NCBI RefSeq assembly: GCF_009914755.1
Contig: NC_060934.1
Length of the DNA stretch: 64,000 nucleotides
Source of the DNA: the human T2T-CHM13v2.0 reference genome, Homo sapiens
Reading direction: 5' to 3' (one strand)
Both the position numbers and the translations under genes were made by a program. The notes below the pieces were generated by a model. The model did not search any database. It was not told the origin of the DNA and worked only from the letters and a program-made list of their open reading frames with translations. Within the stretch, counting starts at the first letter, position 1; each line of letters starts with the position of its first letter. This document shows, one piece after another, positions 12,395-25,628 of this stretch.

Positions 12395-12854
12395 TTTTGT
12401 TTTTCATTTTCTATTTTTATAGATTTAGGGCATACAAGTGCATTTTTATTACAAGGATATATTGCACAGTGGTTAAGTCTGGGCTTTTTGTGTGCCCATC
12501 ATCTGAATAGTGTATGTTTTATCCAAGAGGTACTTTCTCATTCCTCAGCACCCAACTCCCATCTTCCCACATTTGGAGACTCCAGTGTCTATTATTCTAC
12601 TCTGTATGTCCACGTGTACACACCGTTTAGCTCCTACTTATGAGTGAGAACATGAGGTATTTGACTTTCTGTGTCTGAGTTATTTCACCTAGGATGATGG
12701 CCTCCAGTTCCATCCATGTTGCTTCAAAAACAATTATTTCATTCTTTTTTATGACTGAGTAGTATTCCATGGTGTGTGTCTCTACACACACACACACACA
12801 CACACACTAATACATATATGTGTGTGTGTGTATATATGTGTATGTATATGTGTG

Positions 12855-12887
<33 letters not shown>

Positions 12888-13920
12888 ATAGGCATTTTCT
12901 TTATCTAATCATCTGTTGACGGACACTTAGGTTGATGACTTTGCTACTGTGAATAGTGCTGCAGTAAACATATGAGTGTGGATGTCTTTTTAATATAATG
13001 ATTTCCTTTCCTTTGGGAAGATACCCTGTAGTGGGATTACCAGATCAAATGATAAGTCTATTTTTAGATCTTTGAGAAATCTCCATACTGTTTTCCATAG
13101 AGGTTGTACTAATTTACATTCCAATCAAAAGTGTATACGCATTCCATTTTCTTTGCATGCACACTAACATCTGTTGTTTTTTGACTTTTTAGTAATAGCC
13201 ATTTTGACTGGTGTGAGATGGCATCTTATTGTGATTTTAATGTGCATTTCTCTGATAATTAGTGATGTTGAGCATTTTTAAAATATGTTTGTTGGCTGCT
13301 TATATGTCTTCTTTTGAAAAATGTCTGTTCATGTCCTCTGCCTACTTTTTAATGGGGTCATTTGTTTTTTTCTTATTGAGTTGTTTGAGTTCCTTATAGA
13401 TTCTGGATATTAGTCGTTTGTCAGATGCATAGTTTGCAAATGTTTTCTCCTGTTCTGCAGGCCGTTTGTTCACTCAATTGACTGTTTCTTTTTGCTGTGC
13501 AAAAGCTTTTTAGTTTAATTAAGTCATATTTGTTTATTTTTGTTTTTGTTGCTTGCTTTTGAGGCCTTAGTCATAAATTCCTTGCTGAGGCCAATGTCCA
13601 GAGAGTTTTCCTAGGGTTTCTTGCAGGACTTTTATAGTTTCAGGTCTTGTAGTTAAATCTTTAATCCATCTTGAGTTACTTTTTATATATTGTGACAGAT
13701 AGGGGTTCAATTTCATTCTTCTGCATATGGCCAGCCAATTTTCCCAGGACCATTTATTGAATAGGATATTCTTTCCCCAGTATATATTTTTGTCAACATT
13801 GTCAAAGATCAGTGGGTTGTATGTATGTGGCTTTAGTTCTGGATTCTCTATTCTATTTCACTGATTTCTGTATCTCTTTTTATCTCAATACCAAGCTGTT
13901 TTGGTTAATTTGAAGTCAGA
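12395..13920 (-). mobile_element. 5'-truncated L1PB (L1PB3/4-like)
   Basis: Antisense 3' UTR (ATAGATTTAGGGCATACAAGTGCA...GAGTGAGAACATGAGGTATTTG) followed by antisense ORF2 C-terminal sequence. Confidence 0.85.
12773..12884. repeat. compound (CA)n/(TG)n/(TA)n microsatellite inside L1PB
   Basis: About 110 bp of near-continuous purine-pyrimidine alternation. Confidence 0.9.
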
Positions 13921-14234
13921 TACAAACATTCTTATTTCTTAAGCAGTTTGTATCTTACTATAAAGGTGCAACAAACCCAGATCCAAAGTACAAAGTCACT
14001 GTAATTAGTAACCACCACTTATTTTCTACTGAAAACAGCAAATTCTCCCCCATGCCTTCCTCACAGTGTCTTCTACAGAACACAGAGGTTGTGAGCCTCT
14101 CTGCAAAAGGTGCAGTGACTGGAGGTGGAAGAAAAACCCTTCCAACTTCTATAGCAAGATCACTTAATAAAAAGTAATGATGCCACCAAGTAAGGTTGTG
14201 CTAAAACAAACCAATACCCGCCCACCTCAAACCC

Positions 14235-14918
14235 ACAGTGATGAAAATGTGTCAAAGGGATGTGGGAGGAAACTGAAAAAGCTCCCAATGGCCATAGCTG
14301 GAACTACGTGGGCAATAAAATAAATAATATAGAATTCTATTAAAACCTAAAGTAAAAAATACATATCCACAAGTCTATACTGATACAAATCAATGACAGA
14401 ATAAATACTTGGGGAAGAAAATGCAAATATCAGAAGTGTGAGGGGGCTGCACATAGTGACTTCCTTCCAAAGGGTATGGTATGGAAAGGGGGAAGAAAGA
14501 GTCACTGGCCAGTGGAGACACCTGACAAACACGACCTCTGCAAAGTGATCAAGGTTGACATCAACAGTGGTGTCACAGTGATGATGTGAACTCTTGATAT
14601 GATGTGAGGAAAATGACACTTTACCTCTGTGGTCTTCCCCCTGAAAACACACAACTCCAGTTTCTAATCATGAGATAAACACCAGGCCAGTCCAGACTGA
14701 GAGACATTCTACAATACAGGTCTGGCACTCCTCAGTACTGTTAAGGTCACCAAGAACAAGGAGTGTCTGAGAAATTGTCGCAGGCAAGAGGAGCCTAAAA
14801 GATATGAAGACTACATGCAATGTGGGATTCCAGATGGGATCCTACAACAGAAAAAGGACATGAGCTAAAAACTAGGGACATCACAATAACATATGGATTT
14901 TAGTTAATAATAATGTTT
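14235..14918 (+). mobile_element. L1MC/L1MD-type 3' UTR fragment
   Basis: GCTCCCAATGGCCATAGCTGGAAC...GTGATCAAGGTTGACATCAACAGTG...GGGATCCTACAACAGAAAAAGGACAT...TTAGTTAATAATAATGT. Confidence 0.75.
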
Positions 14919-15139
14919 TAAAAATTAGTGACAATACCTACCTATTTTTGAGTGCTCACACGTGCCAGGCACTGTGTGTAGCATTTGACAGGGACCGTCA
15001 CATTCAGCCTTCACATTTGCTAGCCAATGGGAAGCGAGGCATCTGACACCATACACCCGACGCTGTGTGCAGACTAAGCCTTTGCCCCTGCCTCTAGGAC
15101 CAGTTTGGACTCAAGATGGGAAATAATCCCAAGCTGTAG

Positions 15140-15520
15140 CACTTACATCCATTTTCTCTTTCTCTTTTGCTAACAAAGCCTCAATTTTCTTTGGGCTGGC
15201 TATGTGGCGTCCTAAAAAGCTTCTACATATTTTATCCTGTCTTAGAGCTGGAGTGACTGTATTCTATCAGTGAAATGTGAGTAGAAGCCTTTTTGGGGGG
15301 TTAGGGGAAATTTTTTGCCATTTAATGTTGGTGTTGCCCTTCTTCCCATCCAGGATATAGATGTAAGGCTGGAGGTGGAGCAGCTGCTCGGCGATCTGTG
15401 GTGACAAGAGTGGTGATGAGAGGCACATGCTGAGGATGGCTGAGCAGGAGGACAGAGGAGCCAGGGACAGTGCCGCCTTCTTAGAGCTCCTGCCCAGGCC
15501 CTGAGCAGCCCACCTCACTC
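15140..15520 (+). mobile_element. old MaLR LTR (MLT1J/K-like)
   Basis: GATGTAAGGCTGGAGGTGGAGCAGC...CACATGCTGAGGATGGC...CCAGGCCCTGAGCAGCCCACCTC typical of old MLT1 LTRs. Confidence 0.55.
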
Positions 15521-15734
15521 CTGGTACATGGATCCCATCTCTAGGGCTCTGCCCCAGCTCAGCTTTGCTGCTGGCTCTGTACTGACCAGATAGTTGATTC
15601 TAGTAACTAAATTTTTACTTTATTTTCCAGGGACTCCGGTTCCTGATCTTGTCTTCTCTTTGCCTCAGGTGTCTGCCAAGTTCTGGGAAATTTGTGTCAC
15701 AGGGCAAGGATCCTGGCACAAGGGAGGAAGTATC

Positions 15735-15935
15735 AGGTCACAGTTTAGGCTCTTGAGTTAGATGGCTGAGCTCAAATTCCAGCTCTGGCTTTTGCATGAT
15801 GGGAGGTTTGGGGCAAGTTACCCAACCTCTTCAATTCTTGGCTTCTTCCTCTGTGAAGTGGCTTCAAAGGGCTGTGGAATGTGCGTAACATGTGCCTGGG
15901 CCATTGTGGGTGCTCTGTATGTGTGGCCACATTAC
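15735..15935 (+). mobile_element. MIR
   Basis: CTCAAATTCCAGCTCTG...TTGGGGCAAGTTACCCAACCTCT. Confidence 0.65.
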
Positions 15936-16294
15936 TGTCATCATCATCATCCCCTAGACAGGCCATGTGAAGTAGTGGCACATATGAAGTGCCACATAAA
16001 TGTTAATTACTACTATCATGATTTTGCTTCCCTCCTGTCTGTCCTTGAGAGGGACATGCAGACCCCCCAAACCACCCATCTACCTTCATATCTCATGCTG
16101 TCCTCAATGCCTCTGCCAATTCACCCAAATCATCTGCCATGAAGTCAGGCCATCTAGGTCCTGAAACTAAGCCCAGGTTTTACCAAGTTTTGGTTTCTCT
16201 TATTCCTGGTTCAGTGACTCTCTGCTCCTGGTTCTGCAACAGTGTGAACTGGGTTTGGAGCTCTCTAGCCCTGAGAAGTTATCCACACTAGATG

Positions 16295-16374
16295 CTGTTA
16301 AGGTCACCAAGAACAAGGAAAGTCTGAGAAACTGTCACAGACAAGAGGAGCCTAGAAAGATATAATGACTACAT
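16295..16374 (+). repeat. 80-bp copy of the L1M segment at 14738-14816
   Basis: First 25 nt identical; about 7 substitutions plus 1 indel over 80 nt. Confidence 0.85.
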
Positions 16375-16733
16375 ATACCATCACCCTTTTGTGGTTGACC
16401 CCACTGCATCACAGGGATAGTTCCAAGAGAAACTCAACCTCCCTCAGCTCAATGAACTGTGTCTAAGTTCTTAGTCCTCTGGCTCAGTTCCGTGGCCCAG
16501 GGTCACTATTCTCTTAAATGTTGGCGAATAGCAACACTTCAAAGGTACCTAGGGGCAAGAAGAGTTCACATAAGAGGTGGAGGAGGAATATCAGAGTATA
16601 CATTCCAGGAGGGCAGAGGGCACCAGAAGCTAAAGGAGTGAGGAGTTTCAAGAGGGAAGAGATCAGCAAAGCAAATGTGATCCAGAGTCCCCTCAGGATT
16701 AGCTCTGAAAAAATCTGCCAGATTTGGAAATTA

Positions 16734-17361
16734 CAGTTGATCCTCATTATTTGCAGAATCTGTATCTGCAAATTCAACCCACTCACTAAAATGTATTTAT
16801 AATCAGTACTCATGGAGCTTTCATGATCATTTGTGGACATGTGTAGAGTGATGAAAAATTTGAGTCACTTGACGTGCACGTTTCCAGCTGAGGCTGAACA
16901 CAGTGATGCTCTGCCTTCCTGCCTCTGCTTTCATATTGTGAACCAGTGTCCTTGAGTCTATTCAGTGTCACATTCTTCACATTTCTGTTCATTTTGCTGG
17001 TGATTTTGCTGTTTAAAAGGGACTTCAAGTGTAGTGCTGAAGTGCTGTGTAGTGTTTCTATGCACAGGAGGCTATGATGTGCCTTTTGAAAAAATACTTG
17101 TTAGGTAAGTTTCATTCGGGCATGAGTTATAGTGCTGTTCACTGTGAATTCAATGTTCATGAATAATCAATATATGTTAAATGGGTATCTTTAAACAGAG
17201 ACACGCATAAACCAAGGTCAGCATTTACTGGGTTTTGAAAATGTTGTGCCCAGAGGCTGGCAGGAACCTAACCCTGTATTTCCTGTAGGAGCAATGGTTC
17301 AGTGTTCACTAATGTGGCAACTTCATAGAACATAACTACTGCAAATAATGAGAATAGACTG
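16734..17361 (+). mobile_element. MER82 (TcMar-Tigger), near full length
   Basis: TIRs CAGTTGATCCTCATTATTTGCAG / CTGCAAATAATGAGAATAGACTG; TA duplications at 16732-33 and 17362-63; internal GAAAAATTTGAGTC...CCAGCTGAGG...TAGTGCTGAAGTGCTG; appears to interrupt an L2 fragment. Confidence 0.88.
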
Positions 17362-17827
17362 TATTAGGTCATTGTACAACTTAGCAAGAATGAATGGTTT
17401 CAGTTGTGTAATAATAGAAACCAAATTATGGTGTCTTGAGTATTGAATGGAAGATGAAGAAGTATAGAGCCAGTGTAGACAACATGTCCTTCAAGAAGTT
17501 TAATTGAGAAGAGGAAAACTAGAGAGCTTGTTTTCACAAATGTTAGATGCTCTATAAATTATTTTTAATTGAATTGAGGTAGAAACCTGAAGTTTAAATT
17601 TAAGTTACTTGATGGATTCTTATATTTTATGTTAGCCAGACTCTTCTTGTCACTTTGGAGGATCTTTAACCTTGATTAAATAATTAAATTCCTACCAAGA
17701 ATTACAGGAAGTGTATTGCCCACATGAGAAGCAAGTGACACCTGGAATGTGAAGGGTCTGTTCTTGTGGCTTCAATTGGAGGCTTACGTTTGAATGTTGT
17801 ATTAAAAAGAAAAACCTCTCTATTTGG

Positions 17828-17936
17828 TTAAAGTTACCATAGAAAATATAGAATGTTAAATCTGAATTTCAGATAAGCAATAAATATCTTCTTTTAGTAT
17901 AGTTGTGTTCTGTGCACTATTTGCTGAATCTGGTAA
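17828..17936. mobile_element. degenerate MER53 fragment
   Basis: GTTAAATCTGAATTTCAGATAAGCAA...TTTTAGTATA...TATTTGCTGAATCTGG. Confidence 0.5.
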
Positions 17937-18199
17937 GTATATATGTATATTTCACTCCTGGGGTTGGTGTCACTTTGGCATCTTATGAAACTCTTGTTTC
18001 AGTGGCACAGATGCATTTGGGATTTCTCCAGGCACCCCTTCCCTGAGTGACACATAGGCCGTATATTAAGTCAGACCACTGCAAATATACCCTCCCCTTC
18101 TGGTAAAGTCCAGCTGCAGCCAGTTATAGGTGATGCACTTACTTCAGAAAGAAACCTAATTTCACTTTCAACCCCATGGTACTTTTTCTGGCAGCACAA

Positions 18200-18385
18200 C
18201 ACAGAAAGAAACACAGTTGATTGTGGATCCAGAGGTCTGTGATTTATCTCAGCTTTGTCCCTGACCTGTTGTGTGACCTTGGGTAGGTCATTGCACCTTC
18301 TGGGCCCTGGCTCTTTTGGTCTGAAGGTCAAGGCATTGAGTAAAGTGGCTCACAAGGCACTTTTCAGCTCTAAAACCCAAGGAAT
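18200..18385 (+). mobile_element. MIR
   Basis: TGTGTGACCTTGGGTAGGTCATTGCACCTTCTGGGCC. Confidence 0.65.
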
Positions 18386-20264
18386 CCTTGAAAAGCTGGC
18401 AGTTTAGATGGTCTTAATTTAAAAACCTAGAATTTTTCCATCTGGAGGGGAACTTAGTCATGATTAAGAAAAAAAAGATGCATTATATTCGCTTCCCAAA
18501 TGCTTAAAAACATGATTGACTGTAAGAAAGAAAATCCCCAAACCCTTAGGGAAACATTACATTTTACAGTGTATCCTCTTTTCCATTGAAGAAACATTTG
18601 CAATCTGTTTAGGGGAGAACAGTGTCTGAATCATTACCAGGACTCTGCTCCAAAGGCAGGAACTTTCTCCTGCTGAAAAATGTCTGGAAAAGATGGCCGC
18701 TGCTCCTGGGCAGCTTTGCAAATGTATCCTGCAAATAAGAGGCTGAGGCCAAGGGCATGTGACACAATAAAAACCATGGAGACAGTGAAGGCTTCCTTAT
18801 GCCTAGGGCTTACTATGTTCCCAGGCCCCCTTTCTGGGCACGTTCCACACATGGATCCGAGTCCCGCAGCCGCCACCAGACCATCATCTGTGTCATGCCA
18901 GCCTAGATTTCTTTCTTTCTCCTTTTTGGGAAGGGGAGTTGGATTGGAGGATCAGGGAAGTGAGGAGTGATTGATCTTCTAAGGTTGTAGAAGAAAGGCG
19001 AAGGGTGATCTTTGTTTTAGAGATTAGGAAACAGGCTCAGAGAAGTTACTAGATTTTCTTGGCCTCCTGCTCACCAGCAGCAAAGCTGGTGTTAGGAGCC
19101 AAGACTCTGGCTCTGAAGCCCTCCCCATGTATCTTCAGACCGGCCACATAAAAGGGAAAATTCAGATCGTCTTCCTGATGTTGACAGACTGTTAGAAATG
19201 AAGATCTGTGAAGTCAAGAGCTTTTGCCTTGCTAACCAGCTCCTGGAGGCGAAAGCCTATTTGTTTTTCACACACATGTTAAATTTCATGAATCAGACCT
19301 GAAACACTTTTTTCAGGTAGTGGACTCTCTGGTTGAAGGTAGAAAGCTGTAATTAAGCATGATCAACCTAATGAATCACAACAGAACTAGAGCATGCTAG
19401 GATGTCTCCCCGGCTGTGTCCCCCTTGGCTCCTTGATGATAATGTGTGACATGTTTGCATTTATGGGCATACAGGTTTAATGTGTCAAAACTGTGCATCA
19501 CATGGGGGATGGATTGCCTCATTCTTGAGGACTTGGGTGGTATAAATAAAGCCAAGTCTTTCATTTTGAGGAGGTAATGGAACCCAAGAATAGAGAGTAT
19601 GAGACCAAGACCTAAGTTCAAATCTTCCCTCAGACCCCTGAGCCTCTCTCCTTAAAGCTGCTGTCTCCACCCAACGCAGGGACTTTGTACAGGCCAGACC
19701 CTCTGCTTGGAAGGTTCTCAGCAGATCTGCTCTTAGGGGACATTAAGGCGTTCATGGAATGGAAGGGGAATGACCTGGACTGAGCAGGGTGTAATCTCCA
19801 GCCCTGGTTGCATGATGTGGATTTCCTTCCTTCTCCTCATTGGAAAGGGGAGCTGACCTGGGTGATCAGGAGGGCAATACTTATTGACCTTGAAAGCTGC
19901 AGGGGGCCAGGCTTGAGGGGATTGATAGTGAAGGAGGCAAGACTTGCTCAGAACAAGCTGTCAGCCAAGAGAAGGAGGTATAGGAATGCAGCTAGGGGAG
20001 GGGAGATGACAGGGGTGCTTGGAAGCTTGGCAAGAGGGTGCTAAGGTCAGAAATTTTACCCAGGACGTTTTTGTCTACACAATGGTAAGAGTGTAACTCC
20101 TCGCTCTGAAATATAAAAATTATCAGGTGTTTTATACACCTCTTTTAGATGACCCAATTGCCAAGTAATCTGAAAACCTAAGGGGTAAAATTTGATTTAA
20201 CAAAAATAATCAAATTGATTCCAAAGTAATCATGCCTGATATTGAGGGCCAGTCCTGCTAAGTT

Positions 20265-20455
20265 GCTTCACAAGAAGCATCTCATTTACTTCTCACTACA
20301 TCTCTGTGAGGCCCAGAGTGCTACACCCATTTTACTGGTGACAGAATTATGGCTCAGAGGCTCGAATAACTTGCCTGGGGTCACACAGCCAAGTAAGTAG
20401 TAAGGCCAGGTTTCATGCCCAGGGTCTGTTTTGTTTGAAACCCAGGCTCTTTATA
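20265..20455 (-). mobile_element. MIR
   Basis: CCCATTTTAC...GGCTCAGAG...TAACTTGCCTGGGGTCACACAGC. Confidence 0.75.
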
Positions 20456-22338
20456 CTGTAATAAACTCCTTCAAAAAGTTGAGACCGAAGGAACTTGCTT
20501 TGAAAAAATATGCAGGGCTCTGCCTGGGGCAGACTCTGTAAGAATCACCTTTACAGAATGCTTTTAAGAGTTAAGATTTTGCATTTGACTTTAAATTTTT
20601 ATTAAAAAAATTAAATTGTCATGCCAAAGGTGGAAAGGTTTCATCCTCCACATTGTCATCTAAATGCCAGGTAGACTTGGAGAAAGCATTTCATCCCATC
20701 AGGACTCCCCTTTCCCTGAGGTATGTAAGCTGCAAGGGACCTCAGGCCCCTAGAGTCATCTTGTCCTGCCAGGGGATGGGGGTCCCAACTTCTAGCCCAA
20801 GGACACCCTTTGAACATCAAATTCTTCCTGGGATGATAGCTTTCGTTTAGTCTCCAGACTCCATAAGTGTAAGGGTTCTTGAGCCCTGCTGGCAAGAACT
20901 CTGCGGTTGTCCCTTCTCCACTGGGAATCCTGGGAGTCCAGCCTCTCTAAGAGCCCAGACGTGGGACTGGTTCAGGGGCCTTGGATGCCATCCCTAAATT
21001 CACTAAGGGAAGAGTGGGCAGGGCTGTTAGAAGCTAAACCCCCAGGCTTGTGGGCTTGTTGTGATACCTCACAGATAGGAGCACATGAGACAACTAGGAA
21101 GGAGCTTCCACTCCTGAGTCCTGTAGACTTGGGAGCTCGTCCTAAGACACAGAAGGACTTTTGTTTCCTGCATTGTCTTGTTGAATCTTCCTCGTTAAGT
21201 GGAGGAGTCAAAAGCATCCTCCTATTGTTGACTCTTCAGGCTTTGACAGGGGCTATTAGAGGCATCTAGGCTACCCTTTCCCACAGTTAAGCCCAGTGTC
21301 CATATTTTAGGTGGGATGATGAGGGATAGGCATGTCCAGGAGGAAATGAAGGGAAGGTAATGAGTCTGAGTACCTAGAAACACTAAGGGTGTTAAGTTTG
21401 GAGAAGATTTGGGGAAGTTAAGCACAATTATTTGTTTCAAGTACATGAAGGAATGCTCTTGGAAGGGAGGGTTGATTTGCTTCTTAATGACTATAGAAAG
21501 CTGAACTATGACCAAATGGTAGACCAGATGAGCCTTGAGCTACCTCCCAAGATAGAGATTCTATGACTTTCTATGCACAAGTCCCCCTTCTTACCCTTTA
21601 ATTCCTCTGATTGCCTTCTTCTGACTTTCCTGTCCCATAGGGACAAAAATGGATCCTCATACTCTAATGTCTGTATTAAAAATAAAATAACCAGAGATAC
21701 TATTATAACTGGCACAGGAGCTACAAGAGAGCACAATTCAGTTGCTTCATTTTCCTAATAATGGATAAAATCACACCAGCAATTTCCCGTTGAATACATT
21801 TGTCAATCAAAAACCCAACACTTAGAGAGATCCCCCATAGTGTCCTCCAGGTACTATCTGTAAGTGAGAGGAAGCACACTTCTCGGCATTGTTATAACTG
21901 GAGCAAATAGGCTGAGAGCTTGTTTAATTTTTTGAAAGAGGGTTCTCCAGCTTTTGGCTGGTCTAATGAAAACTGGTCTGTGTCTACTTTGGCTGAATTC
22001 TTTGCACAATGACACTGCCCCCAGTTCTATAATTTCTGCTAATTGCCACTTGAACAAAAGCCACATTGTATAGCTTCTCGGCTGCTCTACAGTCTCAGAG
22101 TGGAACTGGCCAGAATGTCTAAAGCATTCTCATCATGAAACCTTCTTCCCCAGCACAGCCTGTGTTTATCTACATTGCAGAGGCTGAAATCGTGTTTTCA
22201 AACTGGGCCTGAGTGTGTTCCATAGAAGAAGAATTTAAGAGAGGTCATGAGTCAGCAACTTAAATATTTGCATGCTGATGGCATCACCTTTTAACAGTTT
22301 TGCAGAGTAAGAATAATAGTGACTTAATAAGTGAAAGC

Positions 22339-22639
<301 letters not shown>

Positions 22640-23074
22640 GTGAAACCTTCCGGAATTTCTGCTTCCCCCAGTTACCTGGATGTTTTGAAATGATCTCATT
22701 TGCTTTAGGAACTCAAGAGATTATGCTGGAGTTGGAAGCGTTTCGAGATGGTCTCAGGTAAAATGGTCAAGTTAAAGGGATCTGGCATGAATCTCCTGAA
22801 CACCCTTGACTTGTTAGTGTTTTCATGAATGTTTCCTGTCTTCCTAGGAGCCCCCTAAGTGGGTTCAGACAATTGTGCGTACTGGGAGAAACTTTGGAGC
22901 TTGAGGTCTCATAAACACAGAGACATGGAATTGTAAGGTTGTGAAGAGATCTTGAGGTCGTTTAAGTCCAGTCTCTCAAATATGCATTTTGAAAACCTAA
23001 TTTTAACATCCTCAGACTAAATCAAAATTGGTCACGTTTGAGGATCTAATAGGAACTATGAAAACTATTCCCAG

Positions 23075-24258
23075 TATGCAGTGGGGTAAGAATAGTCTTT
23101 TCAACAAACGGTATTGGAACAACTTGATACCTATGTGGATAAAAATGAACTATGATCCTGACCTGATATCACACACAAATATTAACTCAAAATGGATCAC
23201 ATACCTAAGAGTAAAAGTTAAAAACAATAAAAATTCTAGATAAATTAGGGGAAAAAATCTTTGTGATTTGAGGGCAGACAACATTTCTTAGGCCACACAT
23301 GCATGCATACAAACCAAACCCATAAATATAACATATATATTTTATGTCATTATAAGTTTTTATATATATAAAATCTTAGACAAAAGTTTTCATAGACAAA
23401 GTTTTCATTTAGAATTACAAAGTTCTCTTACAACTCAATAATAAAACAACTTAATTTTTTAAATATTTGAAAATATATTTGACAAAAGAAGATACATAAA
23501 GGACCAATAAGTGTATGAGAAGACGCTCAACATCAGCAGTCACCATGGAAACACAAATTCAAATCACAATGAGATTCTCTACTCATGCACTAGAGTGGCT
23601 AAATTAAAAAGACCGATGATATGAAGTGTTGGTGAGAATGTGGAAGCAACTGGAACTCTCACACATTGCTGGTGGGAGTGAAAAATTGTATAACCACTTT
23701 ATACATATTGGCAGTTTCTGCTAAAGTTAAAGAGATTTACTATCTGAATCCAAATTCCACTCCTAGGTATTTATGCAAAGGAAATGAAAACATATGTCCA
23801 CAAGAAGGCTTGTACAAGAATATTTATAAAAGCTTTATTGGTAGTAGCCTCAAATATCCATTGAAGGTGAATAGATAAACAAATTGTGCTGTAGCCACAC
23901 ACAGGAATACTGTTCAGGGACAAAAACGCATGACCTGCTGATACCTGCAACAGGGATGATGCTGAACAAAAGAAGCCAGACACAAAAGAGTGTGATTCCA
24001 GTTAAAGGAAATCCTAGAATAGGCAAAACTAATCGATAGTGACAGAGAGATCAGTTGTTTCCTGGGGTTAGGGGTTGCTGTGGGGACTAACAGCAAAGTG
24101 ACATGAGCAAACTTTTTGAGGTGATGAAAATGTTCCATATTTTGAATTTGATGGTGGTTATATGACTGTGTATATTTATAAGAGTTTCTTCAATGGTACA
24201 CTTATTAGGGCTGTATTTTATTATATGTAAATTACACCTTGATAAAAGATGCAAAAAA
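23075..24258 (+). mobile_element. old L1M (L1ME/L1MB-like) 3' end
   Basis: AGTCTTTTCAACAAACGGTATTGGAACAAC...AACTCAAAATGGATCA...GGAACTCTCACACATTGCTGGTGGGAG..., ending ATGTAAATTACACCTTGATAAA. Confidence 0.8.
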
Positions 24259-24953
24259 CCCTTATGTCTACCGTATCTCATTTCATCTGGGCTCTTGCGC
24301 TAGAAGAGGGTGGAGAATGGTTAATTTAATTCAGTCAATGAGTCCTTTTACATGGGACTTAAAAGACCACAATGTGCAGAGTTTCAGGAGCATTCTCTGG
24401 CCATGCAGGAACTGTTCTTGCTGTTAGGGTGAGCACACAGTCTTGATTTGCCTTGGTTTGCCGTTCCGTTTTGCATCAGGTCCTCCGGGTATGATAATGA
24501 GCTCGTGGGCTGCTACAAACTTCTGGACACCCTCTTTCAGATATCCAGAACTGCTGTTCCTCCCTGACAGCAAAGTTTCCTGAGTGCTGATCACACGCTA
24601 GGTATGCATGCACTTAGGCCTTACATAGGTTAAAATTAGTTCTCAGTCCTCTGAGATAATATGGTACCCCCTTTTTGTAGATAAAAAATTTTGAAGTTTA
24701 GAGAGGCTAAAGTTGTGTGTGCAAATGCACTCCCTGCCACTCAGGGTAGAACTACTCTGCCTTTATTTAGTATTTAGACAGAAATGCACTTCGATTTGCT
24801 ATAATCACAAGAGGTTTTTTGTTTGTTTGTTTGTTTTAAAAAAGAAAAAGATCTGGTCCAAGATAGCAGTAACTATAACGTCATGATGACCTCTGGGTAT
24901 AACTCCTCAGTGTAGACCCTGATCCACAAGGCTCCCCTGGGGTCAGGAGTTCA

Positions 24954-25511
<558 letters not shown>

Positions 25512-25628
25512 CTAGTTGGGCTACCACCTTTATTCCCTGTCCTGTGACTCTCCACCAAAACGATCTGAACCGTCTACTGAAATGCCTGCAGTACCCATGC
25601 AGGAGACCTTGGTCTTGCTGACAGTTTC

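Noticed and set aside
17352-17367. GAATAGACTGTATTAG shared with 26772-26787
   Set aside because: Coincidence of two unrelated junctions (MER82 end plus flank; L1/THE1A boundary).
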